A stretch of 64,000 nucleotides of DNA from NCBI GenBank assembly GCA_965218795.1, contig OZ244653.1:4032001-4096000 (forward strand). Direction: 5' to 3'. The notes under the pieces are model-generated. The model searched no databases, was not told where the DNA came from, and saw only the letters and a list, made by a program, of their open reading frames with translations. Below, one piece after another: positions 7,796 through 17,245 of the stretch; position 1 is the stretch's first letter, and each line of letters opens with the position of its first letter. Origin of the DNA: a bacterium. GTDB taxonomy: Bacteria > UBA8248 > JACPRG01 > G963555815. Position numbers and translations under genes: made by a program.

Positions 7796-10099
7796 CTAGC
7801 CGTTCACCCCCGCTTTGGCGTTCAACCCGTCCAGCACCTTCTCCGCGGTGACCGGAAGGTCATGGATTCGGACGCCGACGGCGTCGTACACGGCGCTTGC
7901 AATGGCCGCCGCCGTGGGGACCAGGACGGCCTCCGAGAATCCTTTCGCGCCGAAGGGTCCCGTCGGCTCCGGTTCCTCGACGAAATCATGCACAATCGCC
8001 GGCATGTCCAGGATGTTCGGGATCTTATAATCCACGAGACTAGGATTCTCGATGACCCCGCCCGAATAGCGGACTTCCTCTATCAATGCGTAGCCGAGCC
8101 CCTGAATCACGCCGCCCTGCAGCTGGCCGATGATTCCGCCGAGGTTGATGACCTGGCCAACGTCATGGGAGCAGATCAGACGGGTGACCTCCACCTCTCC
8201 GGTCTCCTCGTCGACCTCGACCTCGGCGATATGGGTGCAGAAACTCATCGACGCAACACCCGGTCGGGGGTTGCCGTCCATGCAATCCACGTTCACCGGC
8301 GGGCCTTCGGCCTGGAAAACGCCGCGCGCCAGAATCGGTCCGCTCTTGTTCGGGACCCTGGCCTTCGTGAGCTGGGCGAAGGTCATGGATCGCTCGGGCG
8401 CGCCCGGCATAAAGACCTTCTTGTCGGCGACGGCCAGATCCTCGACCGGAACCTCCATCACGTGGGCGGCTCGCTCAAGAAGTTGGTTCTTCGCGTCCGC
8501 GGCGGCCAGGCGGACGACGTTGCCGACGTTGAACGTGACCCGACTGGCGGCCGTGTAATATTCGAAGGGCGTCCCGTCGGTGTCAGCCGAAATGACCCGG
8601 ATGTCGTCCACGGATACGCCGAGCTCTTCCGCGGCCACCATGGCGGCCATCGTCACCTGTCCCGCCCCGATCTCGATCACGCCGGAGCAGACCTGCACGG
8701 TTCCGTCGTCCATAATCTTGATGTTCGCCGAGGAGCTGAGCCCGCCCGAGACGTGCATTCCGGAGGCGATGCCCCGACCCCTCTTCCTGCCGTTGGCGGA
8801 AGCCGGCCGGCGCGTCTCCCAGCCCGCGTGGCGGGCCGCGTTGTCGAGGGTTTTCTTCAGCCAGACCTCCTCCAGCTTCTGCCCGTTGACCAGGGTATCC
8901 CCGTGGTCCATCCCGTTCATCCGGCGGAGCTCGATCGGCTCGATTCCGAGCTCGTTCGCGATGATGTCCATGTGTGATTCGACGGCGAAGGTGGCCTGGG
9001 GACAGCCGTAGCCGCGAAAGGCGCTGGAGATGGTTTTGTTGGTGTAGACCGTGTACGCCTTGATGTCTGCGTTCGGGATGTTGTACACCCCTCTGGCGTA
9101 GAATGCGCCGCCCGCGGCGATCGTGGGGCCGTGGTCCGAATAGGCGCCGGTGTCGTAGTACAGCCTGGCCTGACGTGCAACGACGCGGCCGTCGCGCATG
9201 ACCCCGCTCTTGATCCGGGTCACGGTCGGGTGGCGGGGAAGTCCCGCGATGAAATCCTCATCCCGCGTGAACTGCACCAGGACGGGTTTCCCCGACGCCA
9301 TCGCCATCGCTGCGGCGTACATGTCCGTTCTTGGTTTTTTCCCGCCGAACCCTCCGCCGACAGTCGAGCCGATGACGCGGACTTTCGTCATGGAGATCTC
9401 CAAGACTTTGGCGATCAGGGTCTGAACCGTAAAGACCCCTTGTGTGCTCGACCAGATCGTGAGTCCGCCCTGGCCGTCCGGCTGTGCGAGTGAGGCGTGA
9501 GGCTCGAGATAGGTCTGGTGGTTCTGATGCGTCGAGAAGTTGTGCTCGAAGACCTCATCGGACTCCGCGAAACCCTTCTCCACGTCGCCGTGGCCGAACC
9601 AGGTCGTACAAGCGACGTTCCCCTCGCGCCCCGCCACCTCAAAGGTGGATGCGTATTGGCTGGAGTCTTCGTGGACCATGGGTGCGTCCGGCTCGAGAGC
9701 CTCGAGGGGATCAAAAACGGCGGGGAGCTCTTCGTACTCCACATCGATGAGGGAGAGCGCCTCCTCCGCGATATCCGAATCCGTAGCCGCGACGGCGGCC
9801 ACTTCGTCCCCCAGATAGCGAACCTTTTCAGGGTCGAAAAGCATCTGGTCGAATATCGTGGTTCCATAATAAACGAGCGGGATGTTCTTCGAGGAGATGA
9901 CCGCCTTCACGCCGGGAAGCCCTTCGGCCCTGGACGTATCGATGTTGAGAATTCGCGCGTGCGGATAGCGGCTGCGAAGGATCCGGCCGACGAGCGTGCC
10001 GTGAATGTTCATGTCCGCCGTATAGATGGCGTTGCCCGAGGCCTTCGGCAGACCGTCGATTCTGGGAATGTCTTTGCCAAGCACTTTGTAATCGGACAT
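7796..10099 (-). CDS. Xanthine dehydrogenase family molybdopterin-binding large subunit
   Basis: LRSRYPHARI, GGGFGGK, AFRGYG, EIGAGQ, ASR, GQLQGGVIQGLG and GPFGAKGFSE motifs. Start taken at MSDY. Confidence 0.93.
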   Translation of the reverse strand: MSDYKVLGKDIPRIDGLPKASGNAIYTADMNIHGTLVGRILRSRYPHARILNIDTSRAEGLPGVKAVISSKNIPLVYYGTTIFDQMLFDPEKVRYLGDEVAAVAATDSDIAEEALSLIDVEYEELPAVFDPLEALEPDAPMVHEDSSQYASTFEVAGREGNVACTTWFGHGDVEKGFAESDEVFEHNFSTHQNHQTYLEPHASLAQPDGQGGLTIWSSTQGVFTVQTLIAKVLEISMTKVRVIGSTVGGGFGGKKPRTDMYAAAMAMASGKPVLVQFTRDEDFIAGLPRHPTVTRIKSGVMRDGRVVARQARLYYDTGAYSDHGPTIAAGGAFYARGVYNIPNADIKAYTVYTNKTISSAFRGYGCPQATFAVESHMDIIANELGIEPIELRRMNGMDHGDTLVNGQKLEEVWLKKTLDNAARHAGWETRRPASANGRKRGRGIASGMHVSGGLSSSANIKIMDDGTVQVCSGVIEIGAGQVTMAAMVAAEELGVSVDDIRVISADTDGTPFEYYTAASRVTFNVGNVVRLAAADAKNQLLERAAHVMEVPVEDLAVADKKVFMPGAPERSMTFAQLTKARVPNKSGPILARGVFQAEGPPVNVDCMDGNPRPGVASMSFCTHIAEVEVDEETGEVEVTRLICSHDVGQVINLGGIIGQLQGGVIQGLGYALIEEVRYSGGVIENPSLVDYKIPNILDMPAIVHDFVEEPEPTGPFGAKGFSEAVLVPTAAAIASAVYDAVGVRIHDLPVTAEKVLDGLNAKAGVNG

Positions 10100-10346
10100 A
10101 TGGAAACAAGTCTCCCCCGTGATCGTCAATCATCTCCACGTTGTGAGATCCATTCGTGTCCTCACAGTGTACCATGATGGCGGGACTCAAGGGGCTCAGA
10201 AGGGCTGAGGCCCTGGGGTTCGGGCCGCCCGAGTGCTTTACAGGTTCCCGTCGGAATCGTAGATTGAGTTGGCCTGACTCATTGATGACACGTGTGCGGT
10301 TGGGGCGTTGATTTCCGATTGTCTTTTCGATCCGTGGAGCATTTCA

Positions 10347-11003
10347 TTGTCCAGGTTATTTGCCGTCGGCGACATTCACGGTTGTCACACGCATCTCGCC
10401 CGGATGATCGAAACCGTCCGGTTCGACTCCAAAGACCGGATCGTTTTCATCGGGGACTATATCGATCGCGGCCCCGATTCCCGAAGCGTTGTCGATTTCC
10501 TGCTGGATTTCCGGGAAACCTTCCCTCGCTCAGTGTTTCTGCGCGGCAACCATGAGGAGATGTTCGAGGACTACCTCCAGGAGTCGCCCCGGTTCGGCCT
10601 GGGGACGTATACATGGAACGGAGGGCGGGAGAATCTGATCTCGTATGAGGTAGACCCCCTGGAAACGGTCGGCCGCTCGGATTTTCCCGATGCACATCTG
10701 GGATTCCTATTTGGAACCGAGTTGATGTTTCAGGAAGGAGAATATCTATTCGTTCACGCCGGAATTCGCCCGGGCGTCCCATTGGAAGAGCAGTCCCGTG
10801 AGGACCTTCTGTGGATACGCGACGAGTTCTTCACGCATGAACATGATTTGGGATTGACGGTTGTCTTCGGGCACACTCCTTTCCGGGACGTTTTCCAAAA
10901 CCCCCCTTTTTGCATCGGCATCGATACAGGCGCCGTGTACGGAGGGCGGCTGACCTGCGTGGAATTGGCCGACGGCAGGGTTCGCAATATCCACCAGGCG
11001 TGA
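10347..11003 (+). CDS. Metallophosphoesterase, PPP Ser/Thr phosphatase (PrpA/ApaH-like)
   Basis: GDIHG, GDYIDRG, RGNHE, VHAG, GHTP and IDTG motifs. TTG start after GGAG; the ORF track starts at 10308. Confidence 0.9.
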   Translation: MSRLFAVGDIHGCHTHLARMIETVRFDSKDRIVFIGDYIDRGPDSRSVVDFLLDFRETFPRSVFLRGNHEEMFEDYLQESPRFGLGTYTWNGGRENLISYEVDPLETVGRSDFPDAHLGFLFGTELMFQEGEYLFVHAGIRPGVPLEEQSREDLLWIRDEFFTHEHDLGLTVVFGHTPFRDVFQNPPFCIGIDTGAVYGGRLTCVELADGRVRNIHQA

Positions 11004-11009
11004 GCGCCT

Positions 11010-13460
11010 TTGAGCCTCGACCCTGATGAGGACGTCATGATCCCCAGCCCTGAAGATATCCGTGTCTACCTTTCGAGCCATGCAGGCAAGACGGCCGCCA
11101 TGCGCGAGATCATCAGGCATTTTGGCGTCTCCGAGTCCGATCGGCCGGCCTTCCGGCGGATGGTGAAGGACCTGGCCCAGGAAGGCTTCCTGGTCCGGGG
11201 CCGCGGCGGCCGTTACGCCTCGCCCGGGTCCATGAATCTCGTCGAGGGGACCCTTCAGGCCCACCCGGACGGCTACGGCTTCGTCAGTCCCTCGGATCGA
11301 GAAAAACCTCCGGAGGGGGACCGCATCCTGGAAGACATCTTCGTTCCTGCGGCCAGGCGGAGCACCGCGCTGCATGGAGACCGGGTCCTGGTCAGAGCTG
11401 GACGCGGGTTGCGGGGAGGATGGGAAGGGGAGGTCATCCGCGTTCTGGAACGAGGGACGGACCGGATCATCGGCAGGATTGAAGGGAAGGCGGGCCGCCG
11501 ATGGCTCGTCCCGCTCGACCGCCGATTCGGGGAGAGCATGACCTTCGCAAAGGGAGGGGATGACCCCGAGGCCCGGCGGGGAATGGTCGTCCTGTTCCAG
11601 ATGACCGGCTACCCGACCGGCATGGGGGCTGTGCGGCGCAGACGCAGGGCCGCCTCTCCTCCGCAACCCGCGGCAACGGGCAAAATCGTTCGAGTGATCG
11701 GGTATCCCGAAGATCCGCGGGTCGTCATCGATATGATCTGCGCGGAATTCGGCATTCGGACGGAGTATCCGAAAAATGTCCTCCAGGAAGCCGAGACCCG
11801 GCAATCGCCGGATGCCCGTGAACTCAGCCGCCGGGAAGACTTGCGAGACCTGCTGACCGCAACCATCGACGGCGAAACGGCGCACGATTTTGATGACGCC
11901 GTGTCGCTGGAAACCCTGGCCGGTGGCAAACGTCGGCTCGGTGTTCACATCGCGGACGTCAGCCACTACGTGACCGAAGGCTCGGAACTGGACGAAGAGG
12001 CGCGTCAGCGGGGAACGAGCGTTTACTTCCCGGGGGCCGCCATCCAGATGCTGCCGCCCGATCTCAGCGGAGACCTCTGCAGCCTGCTTCCGGAGCAAGA
12101 CCGGCTCGCCGTGACAGTGTTGATGGATTACGACAAGACGGGCCGCAGGACTTCCGTCCGCATCACCCACTCGGCCATCCGCAGCCACGCCCGCCTGACC
12201 TTTTCTGGCGTATCCGGATTTCTGGAAGGCGAAGCCGAATCCCATGGATCCGCCGCCCTCCCTCCCGACGTCACGCCGCCCGGGCGGTATTCTGAAATCC
12301 CGGGTCTGGAAAAGACCCTCCGCGAGATGGCCAAGCTCGCAAGGCAATTGCGGGAGCGCCGGCTGTCCGAGGGCGGTCTCGACCTGGACATCCCCGATGC
12401 GGAGGTTTTGGTCGACAACATGGGCCGCGTCACGGAGCTTCGCCGGGCCCCCCGGCTGATTGCGCATGAGATTGTCGAAGATTTCATGCTCGCCGCCAAC
12501 CGGGCGGTCGCGGAGCTCCTGACCGGCCCGTCCAAATCAAATCAAAAAGACCCGTCGGGCGGAACCGCTGAAGGGGAAGAGGCCGGGGCGGGGATGTTTC
12601 GGGTTCACGAGCCGCCCGCCCCTTCCAAATTGGAGGAGGTTGCATTCTTCCTGCGGAACCTTCACCACCGAGTCCCCGGACTATCGTCCGCGTCTCCCGA
12701 GGGGCTTCGGCTGGCCCTGGAGGCCACCCGCGGACTTCCCGAAGACGCCCTGGTCAACATGGCCATCCTCCGCGCCATGAAGCTGGCCCGGTACGATTCC
12801 GACAACCTCGGCCACTACGGCCTGGGGTTTACCCACTACACCCATTTCACCTCGCCCATCCGCAGGTATCCTGACCTCCTCGTCCACCGGCTGCTTCGTG
12901 CGCGCGGCCTGACCGGGTTGAGGAAGACGGGCCGCCGCCGGCTTCAGAGCCTTGAGGGCAGGCTTCCGGCCTTGGCGGAGGAAGCCTCCCGTCTTGAGCG
13001 CAGCGCCGCGGGCGCCGAGCGGGCGATGTTGGATTACAAACGGGCGCAGTTCATGCAGGACCACGTCGGTAAAGTCTACGACGGAAAGGTCAGCGGAATC
13101 ATCCCGGCCGGTTTCTTCGTCACCCTGGATGAACATTTCGTAGACGGATTTGTGCCGCTCGCCGACTTGTCGGATGATGATTACGAGTTCATCGAGGAAG
13201 ATTACGAATTGACCGGCCGGCGGACGAAGCGAGTCATCCGGCTCGGGGATGCGGTCACGGTCCGCGTGGTCCGTGCCGATCTCGACCGACGCCGAATCGA
13301 TTTCTCTTGGGTCGATCCGACCAGCAGCGTTGGACGGCGAACGACCTCGAAGACCGGGAAAGGGAAGGCGTCTCCAAAATCCGGCCGCCGGTTTTCGGGC
13401 TCCCGAAGACCTCCCCGGAAACCCAAAGGAGCGGGTCGGGGGCGCGGCCGGGGATCGTGA
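11010..13460 (+). CDS. rnr: Ribonuclease R
   Basis: N-terminal HTH, cold-shock HPDGYGFV, RNB catalytic TIDGETAHDFDDA, HFTSPIRRYPD, S1 domain and basic tail; adjacent to smpB. Confidence 0.95.
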   Translation: MSLDPDEDVMIPSPEDIRVYLSSHAGKTAAMREIIRHFGVSESDRPAFRRMVKDLAQEGFLVRGRGGRYASPGSMNLVEGTLQAHPDGYGFVSPSDREKPPEGDRILEDIFVPAARRSTALHGDRVLVRAGRGLRGGWEGEVIRVLERGTDRIIGRIEGKAGRRWLVPLDRRFGESMTFAKGGDDPEARRGMVVLFQMTGYPTGMGAVRRRRRAASPPQPAATGKIVRVIGYPEDPRVVIDMICAEFGIRTEYPKNVLQEAETRQSPDARELSRREDLRDLLTATIDGETAHDFDDAVSLETLAGGKRRLGVHIADVSHYVTEGSELDEEARQRGTSVYFPGAAIQMLPPDLSGDLCSLLPEQDRLAVTVLMDYDKTGRRTSVRITHSAIRSHARLTFSGVSGFLEGEAESHGSAALPPDVTPPGRYSEIPGLEKTLREMAKLARQLRERRLSEGGLDLDIPDAEVLVDNMGRVTELRRAPRLIAHEIVEDFMLAANRAVAELLTGPSKSNQKDPSGGTAEGEEAGAGMFRVHEPPAPSKLEEVAFFLRNLHHRVPGLSSASPEGLRLALEATRGLPEDALVNMAILRAMKLARYDSDNLGHYGLGFTHYTHFTSPIRRYPDLLVHRLLRARGLTGLRKTGRRRLQSLEGRLPALAEEASRLERSAAGAERAMLDYKRAQFMQDHVGKVYDGKVSGIIPAGFFVTLDEHFVDGFVPLADLSDDDYEFIEEDYELTGRRTKRVIRLGDAVTVRVVRADLDRRRIDFSWVDPTSSVGRRTTSKTGKGKASPKSGRRFSGSRRPPRKPKGAGRGRGRGS

Positions 13461-13520
13461 TCCAAGCCGCCGCTGATGGCGAAGACCGGAATCCGTGTGA
13501 CAAGGAAGGAGGTTCGAGTG

Positions 13521-13832
13521 ATGAGCGCGAATCCCACATACACAATTGTCGATGTGGACATCAAAGACCCGGAATTGTTTGAGCAATACCTGGACGGGTA
13601 CATGCCGACGGTCGAGCAGTACGGAGGCCGGTTCCTCGTCTCACCGCGGGGGAGCGAATGCAGAACCCTGAACGGCGATTGGGAGCCGAAGAGGCTGTTC
13701 ATCGTTCAATGGCCGGATGCGGAAAGTTATGATCGGTGGCGTCATTCGGAGGAGTACCGGCCCTGGAATGAGCTTCGCCGCAAAGCGGCCGAACCGAATA
13801 TCGTTCTCGTCGAGGGGTTGCCTGTCTCCTGA
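13521..13832 (+). CDS. DUF1330 family protein
   Basis: Y.IVDVDIKDPE..YGGRFLV..GDWEPKRLFIVQWP..W.HSEEY; AAGGAGGT RBS. Confidence 0.85.
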   Translation: MSANPTYTIVDVDIKDPELFEQYLDGYMPTVEQYGGRFLVSPRGSECRTLNGDWEPKRLFIVQWPDAESYDRWRHSEEYRPWNELRRKAAEPNIVLVEGLPVS

Positions 13833-13851
13833 TATCAGGGGAGAAAGGCGG

Positions 13852-14025
13852 ATGGCGAATTTCCTGATCGCGTCGGCAAGCGGCGTCTGGCTGGCAGATT
13901 CATCACGAGCCGAATCCGCGGGTTTGGAAGAGGAGCGGATCACGGCCCTGGCCGCCGGCTTCCCGCCCCTGGATGGAAAGGCCCGGAGCCGGTTGACCGG
14001 AGCGTTCTTGCGGAACGGCCTCTGA
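13852..14025 (+). CDS. Small hypothetical ORF (57 aa), possibly a gene remnant
   Basis: ATG with a GGAGAAAGG RBS; MANFLIASASGVWLAD...; family not recognised with confidence. Confidence 0.3.
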   Translation: MANFLIASASGVWLADSSRAESAGLEEERITALAAGFPPLDGKARSRLTGAFLRNGL

Positions 14026-14110
14026 GTATCTATCTTTACATGATTGAGAGAAGAGTTCCGGTGCTTTCGACCATGAGACGATTTCATGGAAATTGCGAGG
14101 GATCGGCCGG

Positions 14111-14581
14111 ATGACCGGCGGAATCAAGATAATTTGTGAAAACCGCAAGGCCCGGTACGACTACACCATCGAGGATGTCCTCGAGGCGGGCTTGGCTCTG
14201 AAAGGGTCCGAGGTGAAGTCCCTGCGGGCGGGGCGAGCCAATCTTAAGGACAGCTACGCCGATATCCGGAACCATGAGGTCTACCTGGTCGGGACGCACA
14301 TCAGCCCCTATGACCCGGCCAGCCACCTGAACCACGACCCGGAGCGGGAGCGGAAACTCCTTCTTCACAAGAAGGAGATTGGCAAGCTGATCGGGAAGGT
14401 GAATGAACGGGGCCTGACCCTCATACCGCTCAAGATGTATTTCAAGCGGGGAAAGGCCAAGGTGGAGCTGGCCCTGGCCAAGGGGAAGCGGAGCTACGAC
14501 AAACGCGAAACGCTCAAACGGAAAGAGGCCCATCGGGAAATGGAGCGGGCCATCAAATCGGCCGGGCCTGATAAAGACTGA
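14111..14581 (+). CDS. smpB: SsrA-binding protein SmpB
   Basis: ENRKARYDY, EAGLALKGSEVKSLR, RERKLLLHKKEI and GKRSYDKRE motifs. Confidence 0.98.
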   Translation: MTGGIKIICENRKARYDYTIEDVLEAGLALKGSEVKSLRAGRANLKDSYADIRNHEVYLVGTHISPYDPASHLNHDPERERKLLLHKKEIGKLIGKVNERGLTLIPLKMYFKRGKAKVELALAKGKRSYDKRETLKRKEAHREMERAIKSAGPDKD

Positions 14582-14706
14582 GGTGGTGATGGATTTCCGT
14601 ACCATCGGAAGTGTTTTTTGAACGTCGGAATTCCCGACGAGGAAGATAAGGAGGTGAGCGAGAGGACAATTTTCAACCCAGCTCGCGTTCGATGATGTTC
14701 CCATAG

Positions 14707-15067
14707 GGGGGTGACATGGATTCGACGGGGGTATTTGACGTCCGGGTTGCATGCCGAGGTGCCGTTGGCCTCGTTAAACCACGGCAAACCAACATCTGCC
14801 GACCAAGAGTTGGCCCTCGCCGCTTAATTAGCGGGTGAGCGCCCTTCCGGGCCGCGCCCGTAGGCCCGGGTCAGGGTGTCAGAAAATCGGGATAGTCCGT
14901 TGCGTCGCGCCTCGGGGCAGCAGCGGGTGAAACCGCACTGAGGCTGGCGCTCTCTCGTCCCCGCCGGGGGGATTCGGGGGGCGCGAGAATGAAAACCCCG
15001 GCTAAGCATGTAGAAGCTCGGTTCGGAAGGCCTTCGGACGGGGGTTCGATTCCCCCCGCCTCCACCA
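14707..15067 (+). ncRNA. ssrA: tmRNA; tag peptide (A)ADQELALAA encoded at 14798-14827
   Basis: 5' GGGGGTGACATGGATTCGAC and 3' GGGGGTTCGATTCCCCCCGCCTCCACCA; G3-U acceptor pair; tag ORF ending LAA-TAA; downstream of smpB. Confidence 0.97.
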
Positions 15068-15074
15068 TCCGTTC

Positions 15075-15112
15075 CAAAGCCCCGTGGCGGTCCCGCGGGG
15101 CTTTGTTGTTTT
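15075..15112 (+). terminator. Intrinsic terminator after tmRNA
   Basis: CAAAGCCCCGTGG..CCGCGGGGCTTTG followed by TTGTTTT. Confidence 0.8.
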
Positions 15113-15181
15113 AGCTGTAGGGAGGGCGCGTGGATTCTTTGGATCGGGAGGTAAGAAAACCGGCATGAGGAGCGGAATGAA

Positions 15182-15598
15182 ATGAACGAAGAAAAATATG
15201 ATGAGAAGGGATTGGCCCGCTGCGCGGCGCAATACGGGGAGGAGTACGCGAAGCGGCTGTTCGACCGGGTGGCCGAACACGATGAAGAATACTCGCTGGA
15301 GTTTCAGAAGTTCGTCTTCGGGTTCCTCTACGACCGGAAGGTGCTGGATCAGAAAACCAGAGAACTCTGCGCTTTGGCGGCCCTCATGATGGCCGGTCTG
15401 CCGGGCCAGCTCCGCGTCCACTTCACCGGCTGCCAAAGCTACGGAGCAACGGATGCGGAAATCCGGGAGGTGATCCTCCAGACGGTCGTTTACGGCGGCA
15501 TCGCCCGCGGCATGTGGGCCCTGGCCGAGTATGAAAAGTGGAAAAAGGAGGGGGTCCTCGGTTTCGGAGACCCAAGGGTGGGGGCTTCTGAGGAATGA
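15182..15598 (+). CDS. Carboxymuconolactone decarboxylase (CMD/AhpD-like) family protein
   Basis: FG.LY.R..LDQKTRELC.LAAL..G...QLRVH..GAT..EI.E..Q..VYGG motif. Confidence 0.88.
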   Translation: MNEEKYDEKGLARCAAQYGEEYAKRLFDRVAEHDEEYSLEFQKFVFGFLYDRKVLDQKTRELCALAALMMAGLPGQLRVHFTGCQSYGATDAEIREVILQTVVYGGIARGMWALAEYEKWKKEGVLGFGDPRVGASEE

Positions 15599-15608
15599 GA
15601 TCGTTGCC

Positions 15609-15653
15609 GGAAGGGCTTCTTGAAAGACGCCCTCCCAGAAAAAACGCTCTTTC
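15609..15653 (-). repeat. Degenerate solo copy of the 726-777 hairpin arm
   Basis: Reverse complement reads GAAAG...GGGAGGGCGTCTTTCAAGAAGCCCTTCC, versus GAAAG...GGGGGCGGCTTTTCAAAGAAGCCCCCTC at 726-775. Confidence 0.5.
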
Positions 15654-15663
15654 AAAAGGATGA

Positions 15664-15692
15664 TTGACGGATTCTTTTCGAGGACTTATTTT
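15664..15692 (+). promoter_or_regulatory. Sigma70-type promoter for panB
   Basis: TTGACG-17 bp-TATTTT immediately before the pan hairpin. Confidence 0.6.
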
Positions 15693-15703
15693 GTAGAGAC
15701 ATA

Positions 15704-15734
15704 CCGCTTGGATCCTGATGAAGGACCGAGACGG
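15704..15734 (+). ncRNA. pan RNA motif (cis-regulatory hairpin with two bulged A's)
   Basis: CCGCTTGG(A)TCCT-GATGA-AGGACCGAG(A)CGG in the panB leader, followed by a terminator; this matches the described pan motif architecture. Confidence 0.75.
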
Positions 15735-15808
15735 GACATGGTGAGAGGGTGTTGAAGGCGATGGAGACCGGGCGACGCCGGTACGATTCGTCGCTTTCCA
15801 AAGTTTGT

Positions 15809-15842
15809 GGCCCCGGAACTATGTTCCGGGGTTTCTCTTTTT
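15809..15842 (+). terminator. Attenuator terminator in the panB leader
   Basis: GGCCCCGGAAC-TAT-GTTCCGGGGTT then TCTCTTTTT, ending 13 nt before the ATG. Confidence 0.8.
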
Positions 15843-15855
15843 GGGGGGGGATGTC

Positions 15856-16734
15856 ATGGACACCGCCACAAAGAAGGTCACCACCGCGGAGATTTTCGCC
15901 CGGAAGAAATCCCGGAAACCGGGGACGGGCGGTCCCCAAGACCGTTCCAAATCGGAAGGGGCGAACGGAAACGGTCACGACCCACGCAAGATCGCGGCCA
16001 TCACCGCATACGATTACACCTTCGCCCGACTGGTGGACGCCGCCGGCGTGGACGTGATTCTGGTCGGAGACTCCCTGGGTATGGTGATGATGGGTCTGCC
16101 GAACACCGTGGGCGTTACCGTGGAGGACATGCTCCACTACACCAGGTCCGTCGCCCGGGCCAAGCCCCGCGCGCTCCTAGTGGCCGACCTGCCGTTTCTC
16201 TCTTATCACGGAAACGTCGACAAGGCGCTCTCGAACGCGGGCCGGTTCCTTCAGGAGGCCGGGGCCGAGGCCGTGAAGCTGGAAGGCGGTGTCCTGGTGG
16301 CAGAAACCATACGGGCCCTCGTGGGCGCGAACATCCCCGTGATGGGCCATGTGGGCCTGACGCCCCAGGCCGTCCACCGGTTTGGCGGGTTCAAGGTTCA
16401 GGGCCGCGGTGCGGACGCGGAGCAGGTTTTCGAGGATGCCGTGGCCGTGGCCGTGGCGGGCGCGTTCTCAATCGTTCTGGAAGGCATTCCCGCGAAGCTC
16501 GCCGAACGGATCACCGAGGCCGTCCACGTCCCGACCATCGGCATCGGTGCGGGCCCTCACTGCGACGGCCAGATTCTCGTCCTGCAGGATCTTCTGGGCC
16601 TCTACGAGGACATCACGCCCAAGTTCGCCAAGGTCTATGCGCCGCTCGGGCGGCAGGTTCGGGAGGCGGTCTCGCAATACGTGGAAGAGGTCGCCTCGGG
16701 CACGTTCCCCACTGATAAGCATTCGTTCTCCTGA
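15856..16734 (+). CDS. panB: 3-methyl-2-oxobutanoate hydroxymethyltransferase
   Basis: TAYD, LVGDSLG, ADLPF, VKLEGG, GHVGLTPQ and IGIGAG..CDGQILV motifs. Confidence 0.97.
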   Translation: MDTATKKVTTAEIFARKKSRKPGTGGPQDRSKSEGANGNGHDPRKIAAITAYDYTFARLVDAAGVDVILVGDSLGMVMMGLPNTVGVTVEDMLHYTRSVARAKPRALLVADLPFLSYHGNVDKALSNAGRFLQEAGAEAVKLEGGVLVAETIRALVGANIPVMGHVGLTPQAVHRFGGFKVQGRGADAEQVFEDAVAVAVAGAFSIVLEGIPAKLAERITEAVHVPTIGIGAGPHCDGQILVLQDLLGLYEDITPKFAKVYAPLGRQVREAVSQYVEEVASGTFPTDKHSFS

Positions 16735-16830
16735 TCGGAGGTTTTCCGTCCGGCGTTCAATCCATCCATCCTTGGCCCTCAGAATTGATACCACAGAGCC
16801 ATCGGATGGGACTGCCCGTGTTCGATGGGT

Positions 16831-17187
16831 TCACCCTTTCGCCCCGGGGTTCTCGGGCGCGCGTTCCCAAAGATCGAGGAATTCCTCCGCCATCTTCGAG
16901 GAGTGCAGGCTGGCGTAACGGGTCACCTGACACCCGACGTTCTCCACCCGTTTTTCCAGTTCGGCATCCTTCATGGTTCCGTCTTCGTTGAACGCGTTCC
17001 AGGCCTTGGAGATGGAGGCCTGCTCGGGGATGACCCAGGTGTGAAGGGAACGGCCGATTTCGCGCAAGCTGTTCAAGGCGCTGTATGCCCCCATCATGCC
17101 TCCGGAGACGCCGACCAACCCGATCATCTTCCCCTCGAATTCATCGAAGCCCATCAGGTCCAGGGCATTCTTCAGCACCCCGCTAAA
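16831..17187 (-). pseudogene. 5'-truncated NADPH-dependent FMN reductase
   Basis: Begins mid-protein at FSGVLKNALD..F.GK..G..SGG..GA; the N-terminal GS.R and TPEY region is absent. Confidence 0.8.
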
Positions 17188-17245
17188 GCAATTTTGAGAT
17201 AGGTTCTACTGAAGGAGGTTCGATTTTTAGGCAGCAGGATAACAG

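Noticed and set aside
7553-8977. Long antisense or alternative-frame ORFs (also 533-1711, 5012-6199, 10746-12467, 20442-22079, 24765-26096, 61067-62797)
   Set aside because: They are shadows of well-supported genes, as expected in high-GC DNA, and show no recognisable motifs.
15040-15200. Integrative element at the tmRNA 3' end
   Set aside because: No integrase follows and I saw no duplicated tmRNA 3' end downstream; a normal terminator is present.
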